A stretch of 64,000 nt of DNA from the NCBI GenBank assembly GCA_964460135.1, contig CAYWPZ010000001.1, positions 7,469 through 71,468 of the forward strand, read 5' to 3'. Shown one piece after another: positions 1-10,424 of the stretch (positions are counted from its first letter, which is position 1; every line of letters begins with the position of its first letter). The translations under genes were made by a program, and so were the position numbers. Source of the stretch: an uncultured Caldilineales bacterium (GTDB lineage Bacteria > Chloroflexota > Anaerolineae > J102). The notes under the pieces were generated by a model, which made no database searches, was not told the DNA's origin, and was given only the letters and a program-made list of their open reading frames with translations.

Positions 1-2026
1 CATCCAGACCGCCTTCATCGACGCCGGCGGCGGCGTATGGTTCGGCGCCAACAATGGCGGCGCCATTCGCGTCGATCCAACCAGTAGACGGATCGACCAC
101 CTGACCAGCGATGACGGTCTCAGCGGCGATAGTGTTTTCGCCATCGCCCAAACGCCCGATGGCGCCATGTGGTTCGGCGTCTATGGCTTTGGCTTGGATC
201 GTTGGGACGGGGAAGATTGGCAGCACTTCAGCCCAGAGGACGGGCTGATCTCCGACAAGGTGCAAGATCTGCTGGCCGATAGCCGCGGCCGGCTTTGGCT
301 CGCAACCGAAGAAGGTGTGTCCATGCTTGAAAACGGGACCTGGCAAAACTTCACCGTCGCGGACGGCCTGGCAGGGCCTGATGTCAACGCCATCTCCGAG
401 GGCCAGGACGGGAGCCTGTGGTTTGCCATCTGGGGCGCAGGCGCCGCCAGGCTGAAGGATGGCGTCTGGACCACCTTCACCCCCCGCGATGGGTTGCTGG
501 CGCCGGGCCTCGACGCTGTTTGGGCCGATCCGAGCAGCGCCCGTGTCTGGTTCGGCACTGTTAGCGGCCTGAGCCAGTTCGATGGCCGCACCTGGCAGAA
601 CTTTAGCGTTGTCAACGGGCTGAACATCGGCCGGGTCAAGGCCTTGCATGCAGATGGCGACCAGGGTCTCTACCTGGGCGTGGCCGAAGGCTTGGCGCAG
701 TTCTCGCCCGACCGCACGCCGCCCGGCATCAGCGTCACCGCCGTCAACGGCGTTGTCCCCGGCGACCAGCGGGCCGAGGCCGCGCCCGGCGACCCCATCC
801 GCATCGACTGGGAAGGCCGCGATCTGCTGACGTCCAGCGAAGAACTCTTCTACCTCTATCGGCTGCTCGGCTACGACGCCGACTGGCAGGCCACGCGACG
901 CCTGCTCGTCACCTATCCGCCTCTGCCCGAGGGCGTCTACACCTTCGAGGTGCAAGCGCGCGACGGTGGGCTGAACTATTCGGCGCCCGCCAGTCTGCAA
1001 CTGATCGTGAAACGCCGCCCGCTGATGATTTGGCTGCCCGTGACCGGTGAGGTGCGAGCAGAAATCGTCTTTGTCATCGTCTCCATCCTCGGCGCCTTGG
1101 CTGCCCTGGGCGCCTATGCCATCTGGAGCACACTGACGCGGCGGGCGATGACACGCCAGGCGGTCGAGCGTCGCTTCAATCCCTATGTCGCCGGCAGCCC
1201 GATCCGCGAAGAGACAATGTTCTACGGCCGCGCCCAAGTCCTGCGCGAAATCGAATCAGCCCTGCACAAGAACAGCGTCATGATCCACGGCGAACGACGC
1301 ATCGGCAAGACATCGTTGCTCTACCAGCTCTTGCAGCGACTGGACGGCAAAGTGGACGGCGGCTACCGCTTCCTGCCCATCTTCGTCGATCTCGAAGGCA
1401 CACCAGAGTCGCAATTCTTCCACCGCCTGATGGAAGCCGCCCTCGATGCCGTGCACCACCAGTTGCCCGAGCTGCCACACAACCAGGACCTCTTCTACTC
1501 GCATCTCGACAGCGGCGAAGCCTACGAAGACCGCTATTTCCGTCGCGATCTGCGCAGCCTCCTCGACCACTTGCGCCAGCATTTCGGCCAACAGCCGCGC
1601 CTCATCCTCCTGCTGGACGAGGCCGACATCATGAACACCTACAACACACTCACCCAACAACAATTCCGCCGCATCCTGCAAGACACGTTTGCCCAAAACG
1701 TGGGCGTCGTCGTGGCCGGCGTCAACATCAGCAAAGCCTGGGATCGGGTCGAGTCGCCGTGGTACAACATGTTCATCGAGATGCAAATGCCCCCCTTCGA
1801 CCGCCCGGAAGCCGAACGCCTGATGCGCGAGCCGGTGGCCAAATTCTACCGCTGGGACAAAGACGCCATCCACTATGTCTTTGCCCAGAGCCAGGGTCGC
1901 CCGCACCGCATCCAACAGATCTGCCTCGAGGCCGTCAACTGCATGCTCGACGAGAAACGTCAGCGCATCCAGATGAGTGATGTCCAACGGGCCTATGAAC
2001 GCATCCTGCAAGCAGAAAAAACCTGA
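1..2026 (+). CDS. 5'-partial sensor protein: two-component-regulator propeller repeats + Y_Y_Y domain, one TM helix, C-terminal AAA+/STAND-type P-loop NTPase
   Basis: Open frame from position 2 with no stop, so the gene starts upstream of the window. The N-terminal part is propeller-like repeats (GxWxGT, DGLxxxxV motifs) ending in a Y_Y_Y-like segment (YLYRLLGYDADWQ). A hydrophobic TM segment (VFVIVSILGALAALGAYAIW) follows, then a Walker A (GERRIGKTSLL) and Walker B (LILLLDEAD). Confidence 0.7.
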   Translation, partial: IQTAFIDAGGGVWFGANNGGAIRVDPTSRRIDHLTSDDGLSGDSVFAIAQTPDGAMWFGVYGFGLDRWDGEDWQHFSPEDGLISDKVQDLLADSRGRLWLATEEGVSMLENGTWQNFTVADGLAGPDVNAISEGQDGSLWFAIWGAGAARLKDGVWTTFTPRDGLLAPGLDAVWADPSSARVWFGTVSGLSQFDGRTWQNFSVVNGLNIGRVKALHADGDQGLYLGVAEGLAQFSPDRTPPGISVTAVNGVVPGDQRAEAAPGDPIRIDWEGRDLLTSSEELFYLYRLLGYDADWQATRRLLVTYPPLPEGVYTFEVQARDGGLNYSAPASLQLIVKRRPLMIWLPVTGEVRAEIVFVIVSILGALAALGAYAIWSTLTRRAMTRQAVERRFNPYVAGSPIREETMFYGRAQVLREIESALHKNSVMIHGERRIGKTSLLYQLLQRLDGKVDGGYRFLPIFVDLEGTPESQFFHRLMEAALDAVHHQLPELPHNQDLFYSHLDSGEAYEDRYFRRDLRSLLDHLRQHFGQQPRLILLLDEADIMNTYNTLTQQQFRRILQDTFAQNVGVVVAGVNISKAWDRVESPWYNMFIEMQMPPFDRPEAERLMREPVAKFYRWDKDAIHYVFAQSQGRPHRIQQICLEAVNCMLDEKRQRIQMSDVQRAYERILQAEKT

Positions 2027-2071
2027 TCCCGCCCTCTCCCCCCCCACCACTCCACACCCCCAGGAGTGCTC

Positions 2072-3397
2072 ATGATGTCTCCTTTCCCCCCTCACAACCC
2101 CTATGTCGTCGGCAGCTGGGTCAATGGCCCCGCCTACTACGGGCACATCGGTCTGCGCTTCAACCTCCTCTACGACCCCAACCGCCAGTTGTGGGTGGTT
2201 GGCACCCGGCGCGTGGGCAAGACCTCGCTACTGCGCCAGCTCATAACCGACGCCGGCCCTGAATTCGTGCCCCTCTACTGGGACATGCAAGCCTGCCAGA
2301 GCGCCGATGACCTGAACAACGAACTGAACTACAGCCTGGAAGAGCGAGCGCCCATCCTGCGCCAAATCGGCGTCGACGTCGACTCGCTGGCCAACCAGGA
2401 CTTCCGCCAGGCGCTCCAGACCGTCTCGCTGGCTGCCGCCGCCCACAACCGCCAGATCCTGCTCCTCATCGACGAACCAGAGGCCCTGCTCACCATTGGC
2501 GACGATCAGGACATGATCCTGCGGCGACTGCGCCTGGTCTTCCAGCGCCAGCCGAACCTGCGCGTGGTGCTCACCTCGACCAAGGTCTTCTCCCGCATCC
2601 AGACGCTCACCCAACACTGGCTCACCTCCTCATTTCTCCAGGACTTCTCCCCCCGCAACCTGTCGAGCATGGAGCCGGTGGAGTCGGAGGCCCTCATCCG
2701 CCAGTCGCAGGGCCAGCGCGTCGATGTCGACGCCAAGACCATCGCCCTCATCCAGCGCCACACCAACCACCACCCCTATCTCGTCCAGTGGCTGTGCCGC
2801 AAGCTCTACCAAGAAAACAACAGCCTGCGCCACCCCGACGAACACGACCTGCAAACCGACGCCACCCTGAACGGCCTGTGGGAGATCACCTACAAACACC
2901 TCTCCCCAAGCGAGCGCTGCATCCTCCTGCACCTGGCGTCCGCTGGCCCCAACCAGACCGAGGACGAAGCCGGATTGGCCGCCGCCCTCCACCTGCGCCC
3001 TTCCGACGCCCATCTCTATCTTTACGCCCTCACTCGCCTGGGGTATACTCGCATCAATGATGGTCAGGTTGGCATTGGCAACACCTTCTTTGCGCAATGG
3101 CTGCAAACCCATGCCGCTTCGCTGCCCATCGACGACGCCGAGATCGCCGATTCGCTGGTCAAAGAAGTAGCTTCGACCGGCCACCAGCAAGAAAAGGCAT
3201 TCTGGCAACAACAATTGCAGATCTTCCGTGTCAATCTGGCCCGGCTTGAGGTCCAGGCCGCCAACTACGGCCTCACCGTCCCGCTCTCCCTCCAAAACGA
3301 GATCGACTTTCACCTGCGCAAGGTCGCCGACTTGGAGGGCCGGCTCGACGGCCTCAACGAAAGCCCCCTCTCCCGTTCGGCTCCGGCGCCCGGATAG
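2072..3397 (+). CDS. AAA+/STAND-type P-loop NTPase with C-terminal coiled coil, paralog of the ATPase domain of the upstream gene
   Basis: ATG at 2072 preceded by AGGAG. Walker A GTRRVGKTSLL, Walker B ILLLIDEPE. The N-terminal motif NPYVVGSWV..YYGHIG parallels NPYVAGSPI..FYGRAQ in the upstream gene. The C-terminus is rich in Q/L heptads. Confidence 0.7.
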   Translation: MMSPFPPHNPYVVGSWVNGPAYYGHIGLRFNLLYDPNRQLWVVGTRRVGKTSLLRQLITDAGPEFVPLYWDMQACQSADDLNNELNYSLEERAPILRQIGVDVDSLANQDFRQALQTVSLAAAAHNRQILLLIDEPEALLTIGDDQDMILRRLRLVFQRQPNLRVVLTSTKVFSRIQTLTQHWLTSSFLQDFSPRNLSSMEPVESEALIRQSQGQRVDVDAKTIALIQRHTNHHPYLVQWLCRKLYQENNSLRHPDEHDLQTDATLNGLWEITYKHLSPSERCILLHLASAGPNQTEDEAGLAAALHLRPSDAHLYLYALTRLGYTRINDGQVGIGNTFFAQWLQTHAASLPIDDAEIADSLVKEVASTGHQQEKAFWQQQLQIFRVNLARLEVQAANYGLTVPLSLQNEIDFHLRKVADLEGRLDGLNESPLSRSAPAPG

Positions 3398-3434
3398 CCG
3401 TCCCCCAAAACGGAATTCAGCGCCCACTCTCTGC

Positions 3435-3470
3435 AAGATGCTGCTCCCCACAGGGCAGCATCTTCATTTG
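3435..3470 (+). terminator. Rho-independent terminator candidate after the NTPase gene
   Basis: 10-bp stem AAGATGCTGC / GCAGCATCTT with a 10-nt loop, followed by CATTT. Confidence 0.5.
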
Positions 3471-3486
3471 CACCACAAGGTTCCTC

Positions 3487-4584
3487 ATGTCCATCCAACT
3501 TGTCGATCTAAAAGCTCAATACGACACCATCCGTCCGGCCATCGACGCCGCCATCACCCGCGTGATCGAAAACACCGCCTTCATCATGGGCAAAGAAGTG
3601 ACAGCTTTCGAACAGGCCTTCGCCGACTATTGCGGCGTCAAACATGCCCTGGGCGTCTCCAGCGGCACCTCGGCCCTGTTCCTCACCCTGGCCGGCTACG
3701 GCATCGGCCCCGGCGACGAAGTCATCACCACTCCCTTCACCTTCTTCGCCACCGGCGAAGCCATCTCGCAGACCGGCGCCCGTCCCGTCTTCGTCGATAT
3801 CGACCCTGTCACCTACAACATCGACCCCGCCCGCATCGAGGCCGCCATTACACCCTACACCAAGGCGATCATGCCCGTGCATCTGTTCGGCCAGCCCGCC
3901 GACATGGATGCCATCGACGCCATCGCCAAACGCCGCCGGCTGTTGCTGATCGAAGACGCCGCCCAGGCCCACGGCAGCCGGTACAAGGGCAAGCGCGCCG
4001 GCAGCCTCAGCGACGCCGCCTGCTTCTCGTTCTACCCCAGCAAGAACCTGGGCTGCTACGGCGATGGCGGCGCCGTCCTCACCGACGACGACCACCTGGC
4101 CGCGCGCGTGCGCTCGCTGCGCGACCATGGCCGCACCACCAAATACGAACACGCCGAACTGGGCTACGGCCACCGACTCGACGGCATTCAGGCCGCCATC
4201 TTGTCGGCCAAACTGCCGCATCTGGACGAGTGGAACGCCGGCCGCCGCCGACTGGCCGCCCGCTATGATGAACTGCTGGCCGATTCGCCGCTTGTCACCC
4301 CCCGCCACCTGAGCGAAACCGAGCCGGTCTATCATTGCTACGTCATCCGCACTGCCCAACGCGACCACTTGCTCAAGACCCTGCACGCCGCCGGGATCGG
4401 CGCCGGCGTCCACTACCCCATCCCCCTCCACCTGCAACCGGCCTACCGCTACCTCGAACTCGAACCCGACAGCTTCCCCATCTCCGAACAGGCCGCCGGC
4501 GAAGTCCTCACCCTCCCGCTCTACGCCGAAATGACCGACGAGCAGCAGGACGAAGTAGTCGCCGCCATCCGGGGCGCAGTCTAG
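3487..4584 (+). CDS. DegT/DnrJ/EryC1/StrS family PLP-dependent sugar aminotransferase
   Basis: Whole-length family resemblance, including the conserved FSFYPSKNLG lysine region and a GDEVITTPFTF block. Confidence 0.88.
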   Translation: MSIQLVDLKAQYDTIRPAIDAAITRVIENTAFIMGKEVTAFEQAFADYCGVKHALGVSSGTSALFLTLAGYGIGPGDEVITTPFTFFATGEAISQTGARPVFVDIDPVTYNIDPARIEAAITPYTKAIMPVHLFGQPADMDAIDAIAKRRRLLLIEDAAQAHGSRYKGKRAGSLSDAACFSFYPSKNLGCYGDGGAVLTDDDHLAARVRSLRDHGRTTKYEHAELGYGHRLDGIQAAILSAKLPHLDEWNAGRRRLAARYDELLADSPLVTPRHLSETEPVYHCYVIRTAQRDHLLKTLHAAGIGAGVHYPIPLHLQPAYRYLELEPDSFPISEQAAGEVLTLPLYAEMTDEQQDEVVAAIRGAV

Positions 4585-4614
4585 AAGTCAAGCACACCGC
4601 GCACGACGCACCCC

Positions 4615-5568
4615 ATGCCCACGCTCTCCGTTCTTATCCCGGCCCACAACGAGGCCGAAAACATCCACGAGCTTGTCGCTCGCACGGCCCAGGCCTTCGC
4701 CGCCCTGGAGGTGGCGGGCGAATTGGTGTTGGTGGACGACGGCAGCACGGACGGGACCGCCGAGCAGGTAGAAACACTTCAAGCCGGTCACCCCTGGTTG
4801 CGGCTGATCCGCCACCGCCGCAACCGGGGTCTCACCGCCGCCCTGCGCTCTGGCTTCCGCGCTGCCCAGGGCGATTACATCCTCTTCCTCCCCGCCGACC
4901 TGGAATCGGACCCGGCCGAGGATGTGCCCAAGCTCTACCACAAACTCCTGGAAGGCTACGACGTGGTTTCGGGCTGGCGACAGGGCCGCGACGATGGCAA
5001 ACAACTGGCTTCCGGCATCTACAACGTTGTCAGCCGGCGTCTGTTCGCGGTGCGCGTCCACGACGCCAACTGGATCAAGGGCTTTCGCCGTGAGGTCATC
5101 GCCGCCCTGCCGCCCTTGCGCTCGGACTGGCACCGCTTCCTGCTTCACATCGCCGCCGACCAGGGCTTTCGGGTGGGAGAGACGCCCACGAACTGGTATC
5201 CGCGCAGGGCCGGGCGCACGCATTTTGGCTTCAGCCGCATCCCCATCTCGCTGCTCGATGTCATCGTCATCCGCTTCTTGCTCACCTTCAGCTCGCGGCC
5301 CATGCGTTTCTTTGGCGGCCTCGGCCTGAGCTCCTTCGCCATCGCCGCTTTCACCACCCTCTTCCTTGCCTACCTCTGGTTCTTCCAGGAACAGACGCAG
5401 AAACGGCCGGTCTTCTGGGCCGCCCTCTTCCTGGCCCTGGCCGGGCTGCTGTTCTTCCTCGTCGGCTTCCTGGCCGAACTCATCGTCGCCCAGGGCGACC
5501 GCCTGAGCGAGTTGGAAGAACGGTTGGCAGAGGTGGATCGGGAGACAGGGGGACGGGGAGACAGGTAG
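4615..5568 (+). CDS. GT2 family polyprenol-phosphate glycosyltransferase (GtrB/ArnC/DPM1-like) with C-terminal TM helices
   Basis: N-terminus LSVLIPAHNEAENI, then a VDDGSTDGT DxD-region, plus two C-terminal hydrophobic helices. Confidence 0.85.
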   Translation: MPTLSVLIPAHNEAENIHELVARTAQAFAALEVAGELVLVDDGSTDGTAEQVETLQAGHPWLRLIRHRRNRGLTAALRSGFRAAQGDYILFLPADLESDPAEDVPKLYHKLLEGYDVVSGWRQGRDDGKQLASGIYNVVSRRLFAVRVHDANWIKGFRREVIAALPPLRSDWHRFLLHIAADQGFRVGETPTNWYPRRAGRTHFGFSRIPISLLDVIVIRFLLTFSSRPMRFFGGLGLSSFAIAAFTTLFLAYLWFFQEQTQKRPVFWAALFLALAGLLFFLVGFLAELIVAQGDRLSELEERLAEVDRETGGRGDR

Positions 5569-5606
5569 ACCGGGAGACCAGTTGCCACTTGCCACCCGCC
5601 ACCCCC

Positions 5607-6824
5607 ATGCGCCTCGGCGTCCTCACCCACAACTACCCGCGCTTCGACGGCGACTTCTCCGGCCATTTCATCCAGCAACTGTGCGAAGAACTGGCCCGGC
5701 AGGGCGACGAGGTGCACGTGCTGGCGCCGTTCGACGCCGCCTACCGGCCCCAAATCCTGGCCGGAGCCAATCCCAAGCTACATCTCTATCGCTATGCCTG
5801 GTCCGATGGCGCCCACAAACTGGGCTATATGCGGACGATGGCGGCCGATATGCAGATGCGGCTGAACACCTACGCCCTCAGCCCGCTGCTCTTCGCCCGC
5901 GGCATCCAGACCACGCTGCGGGTAGCCCGCCAACAGCGGCTGCAATTGCTCCATGCCCACTGGGCTTTGCCCAACGGCTTCATCGCCGCCGTCGTCAGCC
6001 GCCGTCTGCGCCTGCCGTTGGTGGTCAGCATCCCCGGCAGCGATGCCCTGGTGGCGGGGCAGAATCCCCTGTTCCGGCGCATGGCGCGCTTCGCCTTCGC
6101 TCAGGCCGCCCTGATCACCGCCAATGCTGAGGTCTTGGGCGAGGTGGCGGTAGAGGAACTGGGCGCGGACCCGGCCAAATTCGAATTGATCATCTACGGC
6201 GTCGATCCCAACCGGCTGCAGCCTGATCCCACCGGCGTGGCGGCGCTCCGTCAACGCTTGGGCATCCCCGCTGGCGCCTTCGTCTTTCTGGCCGTGGGGC
6301 GCATGGTCTACAAGAAGGGTTTCGACATCCTCTTGCATGCCCTGGCCCAGTTGGGCGAGGCCGGCCAGGGCTGCCATACCATCCTCGTGGGCGAGGGCGA
6401 TCTCTGGCAGGAGTGGCAGGAGCTTGCGCGCACGCTAGGGCTGGCCAACCTGCACTGGGTGGGCAACATCCCCACCGACCAAATGTCCGCCTTCTACAAC
6501 GCCGCCGACGCCCTGGTGATGCCCAATGTGCGCCGGCCGGCCACCGGACTGGGGGTGACGGTGTTGGAGGCCATGGCCTGCGGCAAAGCCATCATCGCCA
6601 GCAACACGGCCGGGAACACCCTGGTGGTAGAGCCGGGCGTCAACGGCCTGATCACCCCCGAAGGCGACGCCCCGGCCCTGGCCGCGGCCATGCTCGATCT
6701 CGCTGGCGACCCTGCCCGCGCCCAACGCCTGGGACAGGCCAGCCGCCATCTGATCGAGACCCGCTTTGGCTGGCCGCACCTCGCCGCCCACTATCGGCAG
6801 CGGTTCCAGGCCATGTTGCCCTGA
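5607..6824 (+). CDS. GT4 (group 1) glycosyltransferase
   Basis: GT-B layout with a C-terminal EX7E-like region (GLGVTVLEAMACGKAIIAS). First in-frame ATG at 5607; the ORF-track start at 5589 is a TTG. Confidence 0.8.
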   Translation: MRLGVLTHNYPRFDGDFSGHFIQQLCEELARQGDEVHVLAPFDAAYRPQILAGANPKLHLYRYAWSDGAHKLGYMRTMAADMQMRLNTYALSPLLFARGIQTTLRVARQQRLQLLHAHWALPNGFIAAVVSRRLRLPLVVSIPGSDALVAGQNPLFRRMARFAFAQAALITANAEVLGEVAVEELGADPAKFELIIYGVDPNRLQPDPTGVAALRQRLGIPAGAFVFLAVGRMVYKKGFDILLHALAQLGEAGQGCHTILVGEGDLWQEWQELARTLGLANLHWVGNIPTDQMSAFYNAADALVMPNVRRPATGLGVTVLEAMACGKAIIASNTAGNTLVVEPGVNGLITPEGDAPALAAAMLDLAGDPARAQRLGQASRHLIETRFGWPHLAAHYRQRFQAMLP

Positions 6825-6959
6825 GTTTGTTCAGCCAGACGCCACCTGCTCCAGGTCGCCAAGGATCACTCTCGCCGGTGGGGGGAACTCATCGATGATG
6901 AAAAGAAGCCGGTCGCGAGACATGCACACGGCGCCGCCAAATCGCTACCGGCAACTTCG

Positions 6960-8537
6960 CTATCTCGCCAGCATCACATCCACCGTCGCCAACAGCGTTG
7001 TGCTGTCGGCGGCCGGATTGAAGCTGTAGATGGCAATGCGGCCGGGGCGAGCTGTGCGGGGTTTGCGCAGGCCGAACTTCACCTGCCACTTGCCCTCGGA
7101 GGCCGCCTCATCCGCACTGACGCGGCTGCGCGCCTGCCCCAGCACCGTCCCCGCCAGATCCTCGACCCGCACCAGGATGGTCTCGTCCTTCATCCCCAGC
7201 GCCGTGCCGCTCACCTGCACCGAGCCTCTGAGCGTCGTCCCCGGCGCCGGCGATGCGACGACGACGACCTTGCCCGCGCTTGGCCCGGCCAGGGCCACAT
7301 TCACCCAGGTCAGCAGGGCCAGGCTGCCGTCGGCCGGATTCTCGCTATAGACGGCCACCCGGCCGGGTGCAGCCGTTGGCGGGTCCTGGAAGGGAAGCTC
7401 GACGGCGAAACCGCCCTTTGCGCCCATTTCGGCGGCGTCGATGACCACTGCCACCGCGCCCATAACCTCCCCGGCCTCGGTCTCGACCCGCACGATCACT
7501 TTGTTCTCGAACGCGCCCTCGGCCTCGCCCGCCACCTGCACCCTGCCGCTCAGGGCGGTGCGGGGCAGTGGGCTGAAGATCGCACCCGTGGGACCAAAAG
7601 CGCCGGTCGGGGATGCGTTGGCGGCAGGCGAAGGGACGACAGGGGCGGGTTGGGCGGAAGGGGTGGCGGCCGGGTCAGACGTCTCCACGGGCGGGGGATC
7701 GAGCAGATCGATGCGGCGGGCCAACAGACGCCGGCCGTTGTAGTCGGGCGCGGCAAAACGCAGCTCGCCCCAGACGCGCACCCGGCCCTGATAGTCGGTC
7801 AGGCTTTGCAGCAAAGTCAACACTTCGGCCCGGTTGCTATCGATGCCGTGTTGGTTGCCTCCCTCGCCGGCAAAGTAGTCATCGAACGGCATCCCCGGCG
7901 GCAACTTGACGATGCGCCCCACCCAGCCATCGGCCTGCTGCGAGCGCGGGCGCGGCAGCCGGGCCGAGACGACGGTGACGACGATGCCCTCATCGCCCAC
8001 TTCGCCCCACCAACGCGCGTCGTTGCCGGCGTTGGCCAGGACGGCAGGGCTGACCAGGCGACCATCGACCAGATAGGGGGCGCCGACAACGATCTGCCAG
8101 GGGGTAGCGGCAAAGCCGGCCGCCGCCTGCACCAGTTCGGCCTCCAGCTCAACGTCGGCAGGGGCAAAAGCGGCATTGGCTGGCAGATCCAGCCGGTAAG
8201 CGCCCCGCACGTAGTCCAGGGCGAGGTCACGCACGGCCGCGGGGGCGAGGATGCTGGTAGGCAGGGCGGGCGGGGACGGCTCGGTGGGCGGGACAGGGGC
8301 CGGCCCGGTGATGGCCTGGCTGGCCGTGATCGCCTCGCCGCTCTGCACCAGGGGCAGCGTCAGGGTCGAAACCTGGGTGGAGGTGATGCCGACAGGCGTC
8401 GCCGGCTCGGCGGCAGGGGGCAGGGCAGGCGTCTCGGCGGTGGGCGCCGGAGATCCTGCCGGCAGCGAGCCGACGCAGGCGCTTAGCGCCGCCGCCAGCA
8501 ACACAGCCATGAGGCCAAGCAAGAAAGTGCGTCGCAT
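6960..8537 (-). CDS. Secreted lipoprotein with GerMN-like region and two Gmad2-type Ig-like repeats
   Basis: Signal peptide with lipobox MRRTFLLGLMAVLLAAALSAC. Start ATG at 8537 behind GGGAGG. Two repeated ~90-aa modules (..RVAVYSENPADGSLALLTWVNV / ..RIAIYSFNPAADSTTLLATVDV). Confidence 0.6.
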   Translation of the reverse strand: MRRTFLLGLMAVLLAAALSACVGSLPAGSPAPTAETPALPPAAEPATPVGITSTQVSTLTLPLVQSGEAITASQAITGPAPVPPTEPSPPALPTSILAPAAVRDLALDYVRGAYRLDLPANAAFAPADVELEAELVQAAAGFAATPWQIVVGAPYLVDGRLVSPAVLANAGNDARWWGEVGDEGIVVTVVSARLPRPRSQQADGWVGRIVKLPPGMPFDDYFAGEGGNQHGIDSNRAEVLTLLQSLTDYQGRVRVWGELRFAAPDYNGRRLLARRIDLLDPPPVETSDPAATPSAQPAPVVPSPAANASPTGAFGPTGAIFSPLPRTALSGRVQVAGEAEGAFENKVIVRVETEAGEVMGAVAVVIDAAEMGAKGGFAVELPFQDPPTAAPGRVAVYSENPADGSLALLTWVNVALAGPSAGKVVVVASPAPGTTLRGSVQVSGTALGMKDETILVRVEDLAGTVLGQARSRVSADEAASEGKWQVKFGLRKPRTARPGRIAIYSFNPAADSTTLLATVDVMLAR

Positions 8538-8566
8538 CGTCCGTCCACCGCCTCCCGGTTGCTCCT

Positions 8567-9715
8567 TCATTTAGGGCTCATCGGCATGATCACATGCACG
8601 TACTCTTCCTCGCCCGCCCCCACCGGCCGGATCACGCCCGGACGCGAGGCCGAGATGACCTCGAAGACGACTTCGGGCGTCTCGACGACCGCCAGGACAT
8701 CGATCATGAACTTGGCGTTGAAGGCCGCCTGCACCGATTCGCCCTCCACCAGGGCATCGACTTCGGCTTCGTTGTCGCCCATCTCGCTGCTGGTGGCCGT
8801 GAGGACGATCTTGCCCGGATCGCCGGGAACGATGCTGAGGCGGACGATGTTGGCGGCGTCGCGGGCAAAGAGATACGACAAGCGCATGGCCTTGAGAAAC
8901 TCGGCCGTGTTGACGACGACACGGGTGTTGTAGGAGGTGGGGACGATCTTGTTGTAGTCGGGGAAATTGGCCTCGATCAATTGGCTGACCAGATCGACGC
9001 CAGGCAGATGGAACATGATCTGGTTGCGCGCTTCGGTGATCGTCACCTGCACGCCATCGTCCTCGCCCAAGTCGACGGCGCCGAGGATGCGCGAAAGCTC
9101 GGTCAAGGCCCGCGCCGGCACGATCACCCCCACGGCCGCCGGCGCTGGTTCTTCCAGAAGGGTGGAGCGCACGGCCAGCCGGAAACCATCGGTGGCCACC
9201 AGCCGCAGTCTTTCACCATCCAGTCGGGTGTAGACGCCGGTCAGGGTGGGGCGGCTTTCGTCGCTGGCGGCGGCAAAGGCCACCTGGTCGATCATGCGCC
9301 GAAACTTGTCCGGCGGCAATTCGGTGGCCGGCAGGCCGGTCTCGCGGCGATGGGTGGGGATGATCGGGAACTCGGAGGCGTCGATACCTTTGATGTTGGC
9401 CTCGTTGCGGGCGCAGCGCAGGTGCAGCGTCTGGGTGCGCACATTCAATTCCATATCGATCCGCTCCTTGGGGAGCGACGCAACGAAATCGCTGAGCAAG
9501 CGCGCCGGCACCGTGATCGCACCCTCCTCCTCGATCATCGCCCCGATCCAGCAGTTGATCCCAATCTCCATGTTCATGGCCGAGAGTTTGAGCTGCGATT
9601 GATCGGTTTCGAGCAGAATGTTGCTCAGGACCGGCAAGGTGCTGCGTGTGGCCACGGCGCGGGCAACGATGGCGAGTCCTTTGGCCAAGTTTTCTTGCAA
9701 AACTGAAATGCGCAC
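8567..9715 (-). CDS. dnaN: DNA polymerase III beta subunit (sliding clamp)
   Basis: Full-length DnaN similarity (N-terminus RISVLQENLAKGL.., three-domain length ~382 aa). GTG start at 9715 with GGAGGT 7 nt upstream. Confidence 0.9.
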   Translation of the reverse strand: MRISVLQENLAKGLAIVARAVATRSTLPVLSNILLETDQSQLKLSAMNMEIGINCWIGAMIEEEGAITVPARLLSDFVASLPKERIDMELNVRTQTLHLRCARNEANIKGIDASEFPIIPTHRRETGLPATELPPDKFRRMIDQVAFAAASDESRPTLTGVYTRLDGERLRLVATDGFRLAVRSTLLEEPAPAAVGVIVPARALTELSRILGAVDLGEDDGVQVTITEARNQIMFHLPGVDLVSQLIEANFPDYNKIVPTSYNTRVVVNTAEFLKAMRLSYLFARDAANIVRLSIVPGDPGKIVLTATSSEMGDNEAEVDALVEGESVQAAFNAKFMIDVLAVVETPEVVFEVISASRPGVIRPVGAGEEEYVHVIMPMSPK

Positions 9716-10424
9716 GGAATGACCTCCGAACAAAAACGATGAAGGGGATAAGGAAGCCCGACAAAAGAGAGAATCAGTATACCAAAGCCACGCACAAACC
9801 GGGAAATGGCCGCTGAACTCTTGCGGTGTCATCGGCGTCAGCCAGCCATCGTTCGCACCTGATCAGGCGATGTTAACATCTCCTAACCCTGACCTTAAAA
9901 CCTATGCTCGTTCATTTCTCCTCCGGCAATGGCCTCGGTCGGGCTATTTTGTGCCAGCGCGCCCCGCAGCCACTAATGCTAGGCCCCGTTTGGACGCCCG
10001 CCTTTCGTGCCTGCCTTGTGCTTGACGATAACAAGGGGTGGCTGAGCCAAAGCCTCACGGTGCGAATCATTGCGCCGGGCCGTCCCCTCTGCTATGATCC
10101 CGCCTACGTCCGGTCAGACAAGTGTCTTCGTTCCCTGGCGAAAGAACCGGCCGGCGCAGGCGCACAACCGCTGCGTGCAGGCGTGTTGGCAGCAGCAAGC
10201 GGCAGGCGCCAGTAACAGGCGCCCCCCTCGATTGAACATAATCTGTGGCTACGGCCGAATCCAAACCGATTCAGGCTGCCAGCCGCCGGTCGCGTGTTGC
10301 CTGATCACGGTCGCCATCCTCCCCCACCTTCTCCCGGCCCCCGCCGGACCCTTTCGCCCCCCCTGGCCCACTCATTTTGGAGCGCATCTTTTCGCCTCTC
10401 CAGGCAACCTCAGGACTTGCCATC

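Noticed and set aside
3228-4268. 346-aa and 309-aa ORFs overlapping the DegT gene in other frames or the other strand
   Set aside because: Arg/Pro/His-rich nonsense composition. DegT on + frame 1 has clear family motifs.
9717-10424. ORFs of 103 aa and 157 aa (9904-10215, 10070-10543) in the dnaN-dnaA spacer; also searched here for DnaA boxes
   Set aside because: No RBS and a Pro/Arg-rich composition, so they are treated as non-coding. Only weak partial DnaA-box matches (GGATAA, TGTGGCTAC) were seen, so no oriC feature is called here.
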